A DNA stretch of 64,000 nucleotides from Phormidesmis sp. (GTDB taxonomy: Bacteria; Cyanobacteriota; Cyanobacteriia; Leptolyngbyales; Leptolyngbyaceae). Every line of letters begins with the position of its first letter. Within the stretch, counting starts at the first letter, position 1. The stretch is from assembly GCA_965248535.1 (NCBI GenBank), contig CBDFJR010000002.1, positions 608,001 through 672,000 of the forward strand, read 5' to 3'. Position numbers and translations under genes: made by a program. This document shows, piece after piece, positions 1 through 9,159 of this stretch. The notes below the pieces were generated by a model. The model worked only from the letters and a program-made list of their open reading frames with translations, was not told the origin of the DNA and searched no databases.

Positions 1-438
1 TTAACTTGTGCAAAGCATTGAAAAGGATATCTGTCGCACTAAGGTAGTACCGGTGATACCCAACAAGCTTATCTTGAATATCGATAAGCTTTAGGCTGGA
101 CGGCAGTAAATCAAGATTGAGTCCCTTGATCGGTGTCACCCTAATGTCACCGAGGTCAAAAGTTTCACTATCATCGTCTCGTGAGATCTCATTTTCAAAA
201 AGCTGGTACAGAGTTTTGTTTTATCTATTTCTGCATATTGCTCTTTGTTCAATAGAGTAAGTGAGGCATTACTCTGAGGATCTAAATCAATAAGCAACAC
301 TGATGCTGGCTTCGATCCCGATCCAAACTTGATTTCTCTTTTTGCCAAAGTAGCTGCCACATTTACTGCAGATGTTGTCTTTCCTACGCCACCTTTGAGG
401 TTGATAAAGCTGATCACTGTAGCGTTGCCGATCTTCAT
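1..438 (-). pseudogene. ParA/Soj-family ATPase, frameshifted at about 219-222 and running off the window edge
   Basis: Deviant Walker [11 protein letters not shown] and [11 protein letters not shown]. After ...EIDK another frame continues [13 protein letters not shown]...NLDLLPSSLKLIDIQ, typical of ParA, and stays open to position 1. One A appears to be missing from an A-run. Confidence 0.8.
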
Positions 439-469
439 ATTGCCTCTTAAACAACTAAGGTTTGGATCT

Positions 470-544
470 GCCTAACGAAACGCAAAGTTGAGCGGCGGCC
501 TGTTGGGTGTCCGCTGCCTCCTCACCAAGATCTCTCGCCCGTCC
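470..544 (-). other. attC-like recombination site remnant (right half)
   Basis: Minus strand reads GGACGGGCGAGAGATCTTGGTGAGGAGGCAGCGGACACCCAACAGGCCGCCGCTCAACTTTGCGTTTCGTTAGGC. It ends in GTTRRRY about 30 nt before the parA ATG and resembles 1205-1288. No left RYYYAAC box found. Confidence 0.5.
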
Positions 545-910
545 TGCGCCCACCTCTTCCACACGTCCACTAGCGTCGAAGCCAAGCAGCAATGGCAGGC
601 GCTCTGCTTCATCGACGAGCCGTGTATCGCCCAAAGACCAAAACTTGCAGCCGAGCCGAAAGCTAATGGCGTTCCTCATGCTTCCTGGGAAACCGTTACC
701 AGCAGCTTGCCTTGAGAACCACCGTGATCCAAATGAGCTTGCGCCGCACCAAAGTTCTAATCCGAGCGCCCTGAGATACGACTGCCGTGCAACTGCGATC
801 GTCCAGCATTCTCGCTGTGCGCTCCAAGTCATCGCTGGGTTGATTGCGCCAAGGCGAGCAAGCGCGTTGCGCGGGTGAATGCGCGAGAGCCAGCCCCGGC
901 CAGAACGAAT

Positions 911-1089
911 ACCGTCGGGTTTCAAGGAGCCCAAGAACTCTCCTCGGACAAGATCGAATACCAGATCCATCTGGCCCGCCAACTCTCGGAGCTGATCCGT
1001 GAGTCAATCGCTACATCTGCGCCCAACTGCCGTAGAAAATCCTGATTTTTGCCGGATGCCGTCGCATAAACATGGCACCAAGCCTTCAT
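911..1089 (-). pseudogene. Degraded fragment of an NADP-dependent (MDR/quinone-reductase-like) oxidoreductase
   Basis: Two frames give HVYATASGKNQDFLRQLGADVAID and LAGQMDLVFDLVRGEFLGSLKPDG, matching consecutive C-terminal motifs of this family. Broken by frameshifts, and no N-terminus is present. Confidence 0.55.
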
Positions 1090-1204
1090 CGTCTTGCGGA
1101 AGTTGTAGTTGAGTTCTGTGACATAGCTAAATCTCCTCTTCGGCGTTGTTCAACATCTTTATTCAATTTTATTAAACACCGGACACGCGACCAAGCTGCG
1201 CGAA

Positions 1205-1288
1205 TCAACAACGGCAAAGCTGACCGCAGCTAGTGTCCTCTGCCCTGAGTCACCAGATCTCATCGCCAAGTCCGCTCCAACCGGGTTG
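1205..1288 (-). other. attC-like site interrupted by the group II intron (its first bases lie at about 1979-1984)
   Basis: Joining the intron flanks gives minus-strand GTCTAAC-AACCCGGTTGGAGCGGACTTGGCGATGAGATCTGGTGA..., an RYYYAAC box about 30 nt after the stop of the 2015-2383 gene. Right arm is degenerate. Confidence 0.6.
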
Positions 1289-1979
1289 CTACGCCCAGCA
1301 TGGGTGTGAACTAATGGGGTGAAAGTCCCCTGTCGGAGAACCAACGTCCAAATGATCCCAAAAGATCCGAGTGACGACAACGACTAGCTTAAGGTAAGGG
1401 CGTTTCCGCGAGGAAGGGTCTGAAGGAAGCCAGCGGCAAATCTGCGAGCTGAGACAGAAACGTCATAGAAGGCGAGATTCCTGTGGCAAGTGAGCACAAC
1501 ATCATGAAGCCTTTTGGTTCAGGGAACACAGTAAATCAGTTGTGCAGAGACAGTTCACGTTCTTATCTGGGGAGAAGCTCAAAGGGCGGTCTGAGGGTCT
1601 ACGGGAGTCTGATTGAGGTCTAGCGGGAAACGGCTAGGGAGCCACGGAACCCTAAGGACATTCAGGCAGCGTGAGTCATGGCAACAGGACTCATGATTGA
1701 GCAGAAGTCAGCAGAGGTCATAGTAGCCAAACACTCACCGTAATGGGTGAGACAGGGTGAAGGGCTGAACCTTAGAAAGCAGGGAGGAGTTGCAAAGCTC
1801 GACTGGGCGATGAACCCGAACGGGGGAGCTATTTTGTCGGCGCTTAACTGCACAACCAGCCCTGGATATTCAGTTCTATTGAACTGGCTTGTCTAAAACT
1901 TTTCTGGGGACGCGCCCCGTGCGGAGCCGCACGCGGGGTGCCGTGGGGACTGGGGGAGAAAATCCCCTGGTTACCCGAT
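1289..1979 (+). mobile_element. ORF-less group IIC (attC-type) intron, about 690 nt
   Basis: 5' end (C)TACGCCCAGCATGGGTG, then GGGGTGAAAGTCCCC. Internal AGAAGTCAGCAGAGGTCATAGTAG and GAAGGGCTGAAC. Short class-C domain V with CGC triad (CGCGCCCCGTGCGGAGCCGCACGCGGGGTG, about 1911-1940). Domain VI ends ...GGTTACCCGAT. No RT ORF. Boundaries uncertain by 1 nt. Confidence 0.85.
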
Positions 1980-2014
1980 TAGACCGTGCCACACCGATCG
2001 CTCCTAAATTGGGA

Positions 2015-2383
2015 TCACAAGGCTTCAATTTTAACGATACCGCCTTCAACAGTATCAACCTGTAATCGATACCCGTAGAGCATCGCCATTCCTAGCAGAG
2101 GTTCTGTCTCTGATTCCGCAATATCGATCGTGCGGTACTGCCCATCCCAGATCACAGTTCCGGTGTAAAAATCAAACAGAGTTTCGCTGCCATCAGCTAA
2201 GGTCGCTGTGTTGGAAATTGTCCAAGGCAACCCAAAGCGAACGATAGTTTCGGACGGCAAAGATAGAAAGCCATCAAACCCAGTGTCAATCACAGTATCG
2301 ATGACTTGCCGTTGTCTAGATGAGTTACCAACCACAAGGGGAAGTGTTGCTTCACGACGCAAATTCACGACTCCATAAATCAT
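2015..2383 (-). CDS. Clan AA (retropepsin-like) aspartic protease
   Basis: VIDTGFDG catalytic motif, ATLADGS flap and PLLGM motif. Start set at the ATG overlapping the upstream stop (ATGA). Confidence 0.85.
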   Translation of the reverse strand: MIYGVVNLRREATLPLVVGNSSRQRQVIDTVIDTGFDGFLSLPSETIVRFGLPWTISNTATLADGSETLFDFYTGTVIWDGQYRTIDIAESETEPLLGMAMLYGYRLQVDTVEGGIVKIEAL

Positions 2384-2655
2384 GGATTCTTTTTCAGACT
2401 CCGCGATCCAAAATGATAAACGGCGCGATGTCCAATCCGAACCCCCCAAGGTTGAGCAGCAGGATGGCGTTCAAATAGCCGATCGGTTGCAGCCATAACA
2501 GTTTCATCAACCTCAAAATCTCCGGTTTCGATGTCGATCGCCACAATCTTGCCGTCATTTCCCGCCTCAACTTGCTGCCGAATGCCAGACTCATAGAGTT
2601 CTTGCCCGCGCCGAGCTAACTCTTCTTTGCTGTAACGTCGTTGGCGAACTGCCAT
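2380..2655 (-). CDS. Small protein coupled to the aspartic protease (possible antitoxin-like partner)
   Basis: MAVRQRRYSKEELARRGQELYE...GKIVAIDIETGDFEV. 4-nt overlap with the protease gene. Confidence 0.7.
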   Translation of the reverse strand: MAVRQRRYSKEELARRGQELYESGIRQQVEAGNDGKIVAIDIETGDFEVDETVMAATDRLFERHPAAQPWGVRIGHRAVYHFGSRSLKKNP

Positions 2656-2726
2656 AGGGTTGATCTCGTTGCAACTTGACCTATCCATCTTAGCTTGGAG
2701 TTATAGATCGTTGGCTTCAGAGCTTG

Positions 2727-2758
2727 TGTTGGGTTTCGCGATGCTCCACCCAACCTAC
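2727..2758 (-). repeat. GTAG-type REP-like palindrome
   Basis: Minus strand GTAGGTTGGGTGGAGCATCGCGAAACCCAACA: GTAG followed by a GTTGGGT...ACCCAAC hairpin. Confidence 0.6.
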
Positions 2759-2814
2759 AAGATCAGCAATCGCACTACTAACTCAGCCTAAATTACAGCA
2801 AAAGAATTGCTGTT

Positions 2815-3597
2815 TTATCTGCCTTGACTTCGGTTTACCATATCTTGGTTAACTCGGTCGAGTGTCCATCCTTCCCCTGCTAAACGCAGTGCATACGAAT
2901 GAACTTCCTCGGAGGAAACTTCTTTCCTGAAAATTGAGGAGTAAAGCCTCTGAATATTATTTCTAGACTCGGTGTCAAGAGCAATTCGACTTCTGACTTC
3001 TTGTAATGATAATCCATTAGCTAGACCACCTCTCCAGCTATCTAATCCCCCAGCATCTGGATTTCTTCCCAACACTTCTCGGTAGATAGCTGTAACGTTG
3101 TTTGTAGACTCAGTGTCGAAAGCAATTCGATATCGAGCTTCGTTTAGAGAAAGTTTATGACTGTCAACAGCAAAGCTCTAGCTATCCAATCCTCCTGGAT
3201 CTGAACCTCTTCCTAAAACATCTCGATAGATACGGTCTACTGAAGCTCTTGTGCATGAATTAAAACCTGAGTTTGCACATGAATTTGAGTTTGAGCCTGA
3301 ATTTGGATCTTGACCTGAAAACCTTATTGGAAAACAGATCTTGTTGCTGACAGTATTCTGACCATTGTTATTAATATCTCTAATAATTTTTCCATCTAAG
3401 TCTCGTCTAGCCTCGCTCTCTGTTGAACTTACTCCGCTATAAGTAGAATTACCAGCAGTCCAATCAGCCCTACATTGCCAAGCTTGAGCTTGAGCTAGAT
3501 ACACTTGGTTAGGCTCAATCGCAAATGTCTGAGATGCAGGCATCACAAGGAGAATGACACCAGCTTTGAGGAAGGGTACTTCGTTGAGAAATTTCAT
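2815..3597 (-). pseudogene. Exported protein with DUF4214-like repeats, interrupted by one in-frame TAG (3178-3180)
   Basis: ORFs 3178-3621 and 2815-3075 are in one frame with no other stop between. Repeat 1 IYRDVLGRGSDPGGLDS* versus repeat 2 IYREVLGRNPDAGGLDSW implies TGG to TAG. Confidence 0.7.
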
Positions 3598-4022
3598 TAT
3601 TGAATAAGTAGGAAGGCACAATTATTTGTAGGATGCGGTGGATTCTTTGTAAAGCGTCAAACATATGAACAGCAACGTTTACGCTCCGCTAATCTATCTT
3701 ACGTTTAATTCAACCCACCTACTTACCAGGCGACTTGAATTGAACCCAATCTAATCTCCATACACCTGCCTTGTCAGTCGGATAAGGTCAGGAAAAAGTC
3801 GGAGAAAAGCTCAGATGCACTTTACCGATAACCTCGCGATCGCACATTGAACAGTGATACGTACTCACTTTAGAGTTTGCATCCACCGATAACCTTTTGA
3901 CTGCGCCCTGACAGCAGATTTAGCGGTCTAACAATTATTTAGACGAAAAGTTTCCGTCTAAGATCCCAAATCATCGATTTAGGCTGATGTTAGAGACTCA
4001 ATTTCTATGCGATCGCCCCAAT

Positions 4023-5516
4023 CTAACCAGTATTTTGACTCTCAAAAAAGCCCGTCAGCCACTCTTTGATGTGATAAGTTGCGCGGCAATCGTCTTCGTT
4101 ATAAATCACGATCGAGTCTAAAAATGCCCGATCGCCCGTCGCCAACCACTGAGCATACCAATAGATCGATTGGGCACCGTTGGCGCTAGAGTCTCGCCAA
4201 TCAAACCCTAACCAGCGGGCAATGTGCTTGAGCGCATAGCTTTCGACAGGCAGCGTTACCGATTTTGTGACTCGCTCATGTAAATCTACAAAACGCGCTA
4301 ACAGAGGCGTAATCCGTTCTTTGGGAGTGCCATACAATTCGGCAAGTTGTCCGACGGTTTGCACTTCAAAGAGGCAAAAATGAAAAATGGGCGCATCTGG
4401 ATACGCCCACACAAGGTCAAGAAATTCTTGCCAGATTTTTGACTCGTCTTCAGGTTTATCAGCTAATAGCGGATGGAAAACCTCGGTTTGTTTCTGGCGA
4501 TCGACGACCAGCACTCCATGTAAATAAATCAGATTTAACGATGGCTCGGCTTCGATGTCAAAATAAAGCTCGATCGGCGCAGTCGGAAGGAAAAACTCTG
4601 GGCGATGATGGATGGGTTTGTGTCCGTTGAGCACCTCTGCATCGGGCAACGGAATGTAACTTTCCCCTAACAAAGCGCGATTTTGAATCGTAGATTGAGC
4701 CTGACGCACCAGCTTCCGAGCCGCCTCACCGCCAAAGCCTGGTAAGGGTTCTAGCTTATTGGGCGAGAGAGCAGCCAGCGACTCTAACGTGGTCAGATTC
4801 AGCGTTTGGAGTTGCAGATAGCGGCTAGGCGTGACACCGGGAAGTAAGGAAAGATGCTGTTCGGCTTTAGCGATCGCATAGCACTGCCCATACCAATGAC
4901 ATAGACTACAGCGACTGCGCGAGATAAACACCTCTGGCTCGCGGTCATGCTTTAAGGTGGCGAGACACTCGCCTAAAATCGCCTCCATGAGGGGGATCGC
5001 CTCCCACAAATCGACTTCATAATAGCCTTTGCCGCGCAGCAGCAGCCACGCCGTCTCACACCAAGCCTCTTGCACGGCGGCTAACACCTTGACGTGGTAA
5101 GCAACAATGATTTGATATTCTTGCTTGGGGCGTTTGCTCAACTTGATCTCAGTTGGCACATACATCCAGTCGCCAAACACCGACTCTCCGGGCTGTTTGG
5201 TCAACAGATCAGGAACGCTGACTAGCATCACGCCATCTTGCTCAGACACTAAGACAGGCTGGTAGATCTGCTCCACTCCTTGGCGCATCAGTTCTAATGT
5301 TGCGGCGGCTCCGGTGGCCCAATCGCCCGATCGATAGCTAGGTTTTTGGTAGGTTTCGCCCGTCAAAATCTGCTGATGATTGGCGATGCTGTCTTGAATT
5401 AATTTCAGCAAATAGTCATTAGGAGCATCTCGTTGATTGAGATCTCCATATAAATCGAGAAACGCTCGACGGCTACACCGTTGATAATTAAGCAGAAGGT
5501 CGGCAGTCAGCAACAT
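4023..5516 (-). CDS. TM0106-family RecB-like nuclease with C-terminal RNase H-like domain
   Basis: PDLL...EIKLSK PD-(D/E)xK motif, Cys cluster CSLCHWYGQC, YFDIE and YNEDDC. Confidence 0.85.
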   Translation of the reverse strand: MLLTADLLLNYQRCSRRAFLDLYGDLNQRDAPNDYLLKLIQDSIANHQQILTGETYQKPSYRSGDWATGAAATLELMRQGVEQIYQPVLVSEQDGVMLVSVPDLLTKQPGESVFGDWMYVPTEIKLSKRPKQEYQIIVAYHVKVLAAVQEAWCETAWLLLRGKGYYEVDLWEAIPLMEAILGECLATLKHDREPEVFISRSRCSLCHWYGQCYAIAKAEQHLSLLPGVTPSRYLQLQTLNLTTLESLAALSPNKLEPLPGFGGEAARKLVRQAQSTIQNRALLGESYIPLPDAEVLNGHKPIHHRPEFFLPTAPIELYFDIEAEPSLNLIYLHGVLVVDRQKQTEVFHPLLADKPEDESKIWQEFLDLVWAYPDAPIFHFCLFEVQTVGQLAELYGTPKERITPLLARFVDLHERVTKSVTLPVESYALKHIARWLGFDWRDSSANGAQSIYWYAQWLATGDRAFLDSIVIYNEDDCRATYHIKEWLTGFFESQNTG

Positions 5517-5643
5517 AGCTATACGCTAGCAAGAAATTGGGTCAACTGCATGACCATTATTTGCCATCTGTCAAGAGAGATTTGTGGTTTTGACTTCTCT
5601 CGGATAGATCGCACGAATCACTCACTTTAGAGCAGGATAAACG

Positions 5644-6828
5644 ATGGCCAGTATTTCTACGGAGAATGTTTCATTAACGCAGTATCGGCAGCAGTTTCCT
5701 TCTCTAGAAAATGCCGCTTATTTTAACTATGGTGGGCAAGGCCCAATGGCACGATCGGCGCTCAACGCCATTAATCAAGCTCAGGAATTATTGCAAAAAA
5801 TGGGACCGTTTTCGAGTGCGGTCAATGCTTGGATGGGGGAAGAAGCGAAACAAACGAGAGGCGCGATCGCCGCAGAGTTAAACATCCCCATCGAGACGAT
5901 GACTCTGACTGAGGATGTCTCGGTCGGCTGCAATATTGCTCTTTGGGGCATTGACTGGCAAGCCGGAGATCACCTCCTGCTAACCGATTGCGAACATCCT
6001 GGAATTGTGGCGGCGGCGCAAGAGATTCAGCGGCGATTCAATATTGAAGTCTCGATGTGTCCGCTCAAGGCGACTCTAAATGAGGGCGACCCGGTGGCGG
6101 TGATTGTTGAGCATTTGCGTCCTCAGACTCGGCTCGTTGCTCTCAGCCACATTCTTTGGAACACGGGACAGGTTTTGCCGCTAGCGGCGATCGTGGCCGC
6201 CTGCCAAACCTACCCCAGTCAAAATCCCGTGAGAATTCTCGTCGATGCCGCTCAATCAGTGGGCGTGTTGCCCCTGAATCTTACCGACTTGGGAGCCGAT
6301 TTTTACGCTTTTACAGGGCATAAGTGGTGGTGTGGACCGGCAGGAGTGGGCGGTCTTTATGTGCGTCCAGAAGCGCGAGAAAGTTTGTCTCCGACCTTTA
6401 TTGGCTGGCGCAGCATCACCACGAATTCGTCAGGCACCCCGATCGGATGGCAACCCGATGGGCGACGCTATGAGATTGCAACGTCAGCCGTGCCCCTTTA
6501 TGCAGGATTGAGAGAGGCGATCGGGCTTCACTCAACCTATGGCACGATCGCCGATCGCTATCAGCAAGTATGCGATCGTAGCGCCTATTTGTGGCAAGCC
6601 TTGAACACATTACCGGGGGTGAACTGTTTACGAACGATCGCTCCCGAAGCGGGGTTAGTCTCATTTCAGTTAGATAACAGCAACCATAATTCACTCGTTC
6701 AATTGTTAGAAAGCAAAGGTATCTTTGTGCGTACCATTCTTGATCCCGATTGCGTTCGCGCTTGTGTTCATTATTTCACTACCGAATCAGAGATCAATCG
6801 ATTAGTAGAAACGATTCGAGAGTTTTGA
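5644..6828 (+). CDS. Class V PLP-dependent aminotransferase (cysteine/cystine lyase-like)
   Basis: YFNYGGQGP, VDAAQSVG and FTGHKWWCGP (PLP lysine). Confidence 0.9.
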   Translation: MASISTENVSLTQYRQQFPSLENAAYFNYGGQGPMARSALNAINQAQELLQKMGPFSSAVNAWMGEEAKQTRGAIAAELNIPIETMTLTEDVSVGCNIALWGIDWQAGDHLLLTDCEHPGIVAAAQEIQRRFNIEVSMCPLKATLNEGDPVAVIVEHLRPQTRLVALSHILWNTGQVLPLAAIVAACQTYPSQNPVRILVDAAQSVGVLPLNLTDLGADFYAFTGHKWWCGPAGVGGLYVRPEARESLSPTFIGWRSITTNSSGTPIGWQPDGRRYEIATSAVPLYAGLREAIGLHSTYGTIADRYQQVCDRSAYLWQALNTLPGVNCLRTIAPEAGLVSFQLDNSNHNSLVQLLESKGIFVRTILDPDCVRACVHYFTTESEINRLVETIREF

Positions 6829-6903
6829 AGAGAATTGAGGTAAGCCTCTTACAATGTCTCTGTACAATAATTCAAGCTTTGACGTAATCCTTTACCCTTT
6901 CCC

Positions 6904-7992
6904 ATGCCTCAACCCATTCTCTATATCGCCATCACCAATCACGGATTTGGACACGCGACTCGTGCCGCTTCGGTGGCTGCCAAAATTCAAGAACTGTGTC
7001 CCGAAATTCTATTAATTTTGGCGACGACTGCGCCCCGATCGCTGCTAGAAGCTTACATTCCGGGTGATTTTATTCACCGTCCGCGTGGGCTTGATGTGGG
7101 CGTGGTGCAGTCTGATAGTTTAACAATGGATAAACCTGCAACGCTAGAGAAATTGCGAGCGATCAAAGCTAATCAACGATCGCTGATTGCCTCTGAGGTC
7201 AATTTCATTAAACAAAATCGCGTCGGATTAATTCTGGCAGACATTCCGCCGTTAGCGGCTGCGATCGCTAAAGCTGCGGGCGTTCCGGGTTGGATGATGG
7301 GCAACTTTGGCTGGGATTTCATCTACCGCGCTTGGGGCGGCGAATTTATTGAAATGGCAGACTGGATTAGCGAGTGTTTCACGCACTGCGATCGCTTGTT
7401 TCGGTTGCCGTTTCACGAGCCGATGGCGGCGTTTCCCACGATCGTAGATACCGGGTTAACGGGAGTGAATCCGCGCTTTGACTTGGCAGAACTGAAGGCG
7501 AAATTTAATCTCGCTGAGACTCCAAAAGAAAACATTGCGCTGATGACCTTTGGCGGATTGGGACTCGATCGCATCCCCTACGAAACGATGCAAAAATATC
7601 CTGACTGGCGGTTTATTTGCTTTGATCAGAGTGCGCCAGAGTTGCCCAATCTGCTGCGCGTTGACGATCGCTTCTATCGCCCCGTAGACTTTATGCAACT
7701 GTGCGGTCGCCTGATCTCAAAGCCGGGATACAGCACGTTTTCAGAAGCGTGTCGGCTTGACTTACCGATCGTCTCCCTGACTCGCGAAGGCTTTGCCGAG
7801 GCTCCCGTTTTGCTCGAAGGCATTCAAGACTATGCTTATCACCAAATTCTTTCGCCTGCGGAGTTCTTTCAGGGAAACTGGGAGTTTTTACAGCAACCGT
7901 TGACTGCGCCTCGTTTGTCTGAGTCGCTTTCTAAAGATGGCAATAACACGATCGCTCAAGCTGCGATCGAGTATTTGATGCCAAACCGTTAA
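6904..7992 (+). CDS. GT-B fold glycosyltransferase
   Basis: HGFGHATR and ISKPGYSTFSEA motifs. Confidence 0.8.
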   Translation: MPQPILYIAITNHGFGHATRAASVAAKIQELCPEILLILATTAPRSLLEAYIPGDFIHRPRGLDVGVVQSDSLTMDKPATLEKLRAIKANQRSLIASEVNFIKQNRVGLILADIPPLAAAIAKAAGVPGWMMGNFGWDFIYRAWGGEFIEMADWISECFTHCDRLFRLPFHEPMAAFPTIVDTGLTGVNPRFDLAELKAKFNLAETPKENIALMTFGGLGLDRIPYETMQKYPDWRFICFDQSAPELPNLLRVDDRFYRPVDFMQLCGRLISKPGYSTFSEACRLDLPIVSLTREGFAEAPVLLEGIQDYAYHQILSPAEFFQGNWEFLQQPLTAPRLSESLSKDGNNTIAQAAIEYLMPNR

Positions 7993-8020
7993 AATCGAAG
8001 TACCTCATTCGGTCTGCAAA

Positions 8021-8695
8021 ATGACGGCTTCCCTCTCTGTCACAGCCAACGTAGCCCATGATTCTAAAGTTCTTACCTGGCAGCCTGCCACTTGGGACGA
8101 GTATTTGACCGTTAGAGACTCAGCGCCCGATCGGGTCAGGTTATGGTTTAATGACGGCTATCTTTTAGCAGACGATATGGGCGGCGAGGGCATTAATCAT
8201 TCTAAAGTTTGTGATCTTTTTGTGATGATCCTGGCCTTCTGGTTTGCGGCTAAACCAGAGCAAATTGCAGAATCATTAGGGCGCTGTTTACTAGAAAAAC
8301 CTCAGCAGAAAGCCTGCGTTCCTGATCTGGTTTTGTATGGGGGCGATCGCATACCGCAGTGGAGTGAAGGGGAACCTCGACGCATTGATTTGACTCAGTG
8401 GCGTGTGCCTGATTTGGTCGGCGAGATTGCAGACACCACCCTTGCTAGCGATTTGGATGAAAAGAAGCAACTCTACGCCGCGTTGGGCATTCCTGAATAT
8501 TGGGTGATTGACGTGTTGGGTAAGCGAGTGATTGCCTTTCGGTTGCAGGAAAACGGCAAATATCTTCAGTGTGTCGAGTCTGTAGCGTTAGCAGGATTGC
8601 CTATTACATTGTTAGAGCAGACGCTCGATCGGTTAATTCAAAACACTAACATCAGCGCTGCAAATTGGTTTGCTCAACAAATCAGTTCGCTTTAA
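8021..8695 (+). CDS. Uma2-family endonuclease
   Basis: PDLV...PDLVGEIA...KKQLYAALGIPEYWVID. Confidence 0.9.
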   Translation: MTASLSVTANVAHDSKVLTWQPATWDEYLTVRDSAPDRVRLWFNDGYLLADDMGGEGINHSKVCDLFVMILAFWFAAKPEQIAESLGRCLLEKPQQKACVPDLVLYGGDRIPQWSEGEPRRIDLTQWRVPDLVGEIADTTLASDLDEKKQLYAALGIPEYWVIDVLGKRVIAFRLQENGKYLQCVESVALAGLPITLLEQTLDRLIQNTNISAANWFAQQISSL

Positions 8696-8735
8696 ACTTA
8701 CTCATTCAAAACACAATTCAAACCCTATAATTTTC

Positions 8736-9152
8736 ATGGCTCAACATCAAAAAATTCTGACCATTCCCACTTCTGGCAAAGCGCTGCTGAGAATTAGCCA
8801 AAAGATTCAAGCGATCGTTACCGAATCCGGCATCAAAACGGGCATCTGTCACTTATTTTTGCGCCACACCTCCGCCAGTCTGATCATTCAGGAAAACGCT
8901 GACCCCGATGTGTTGAAAGACTTAGAGAACTTTTTCTCTAAACTCGTCCCCGAATGGGAAACCTATATTCACAGCGCTGAAGGTGATGACGATATGCCCG
9001 CCCACATTCGCACCGTGCTCACCCACACGTCAGAGCAGATCCCGATCGCTCAAGGCCGTTTGCTGCTCGGCACTTGGCAGGGCATCTATATTTGGGAGCA
9101 TCGACAGCGCAACCATCACCGCGAATTAGTGGTGCACATCACCGGAGAATAA
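8736..9152 (+). CDS. YjbQ/UPF0047 secondary thiamine-phosphate synthase family protein
   Basis: HTSASLIIQENADPDV, DDMPAHIR and LGTWQGIY. Start moved to ATG 8736. Confidence 0.9.
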   Translation: MAQHQKILTIPTSGKALLRISQKIQAIVTESGIKTGICHLFLRHTSASLIIQENADPDVLKDLENFFSKLVPEWETYIHSAEGDDDMPAHIRTVLTHTSEQIPIAQGRLLLGTWQGIYIWEHRQRNHHRELVVHITGE

Positions 9153-9159
9153 AGGAAGA

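Noticed and set aside
210..225. Programmed ribosomal frameshift in parA (also considered for clpB and the mannosidase)
   Set aside because: No canonical slippery heptamer with a stimulator. Lone indels in three unrelated genes point to sequencing error or decay.
455..1007. Overlapping track ORFs 455-982, 488-715, 507-878 and 696-1007 as real genes
   Set aside because: No coherent family. They run across an attC-like remnant and a broken oxidoreductase fragment.
1159..2058. Short ORFs inside or across the intron as an intron-encoded protein
   Set aside because: Antisense to the intron, under 75 aa, and lacking RT (YADD) or maturase motifs.
4023..8695. TM0106 nuclease plus Uma2 as a defence island
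   Set aside because: Both families are common scattered cyanobacterial genes. Here they are on opposite strands, separated by metabolic genes, in HIP1-rich DNA.
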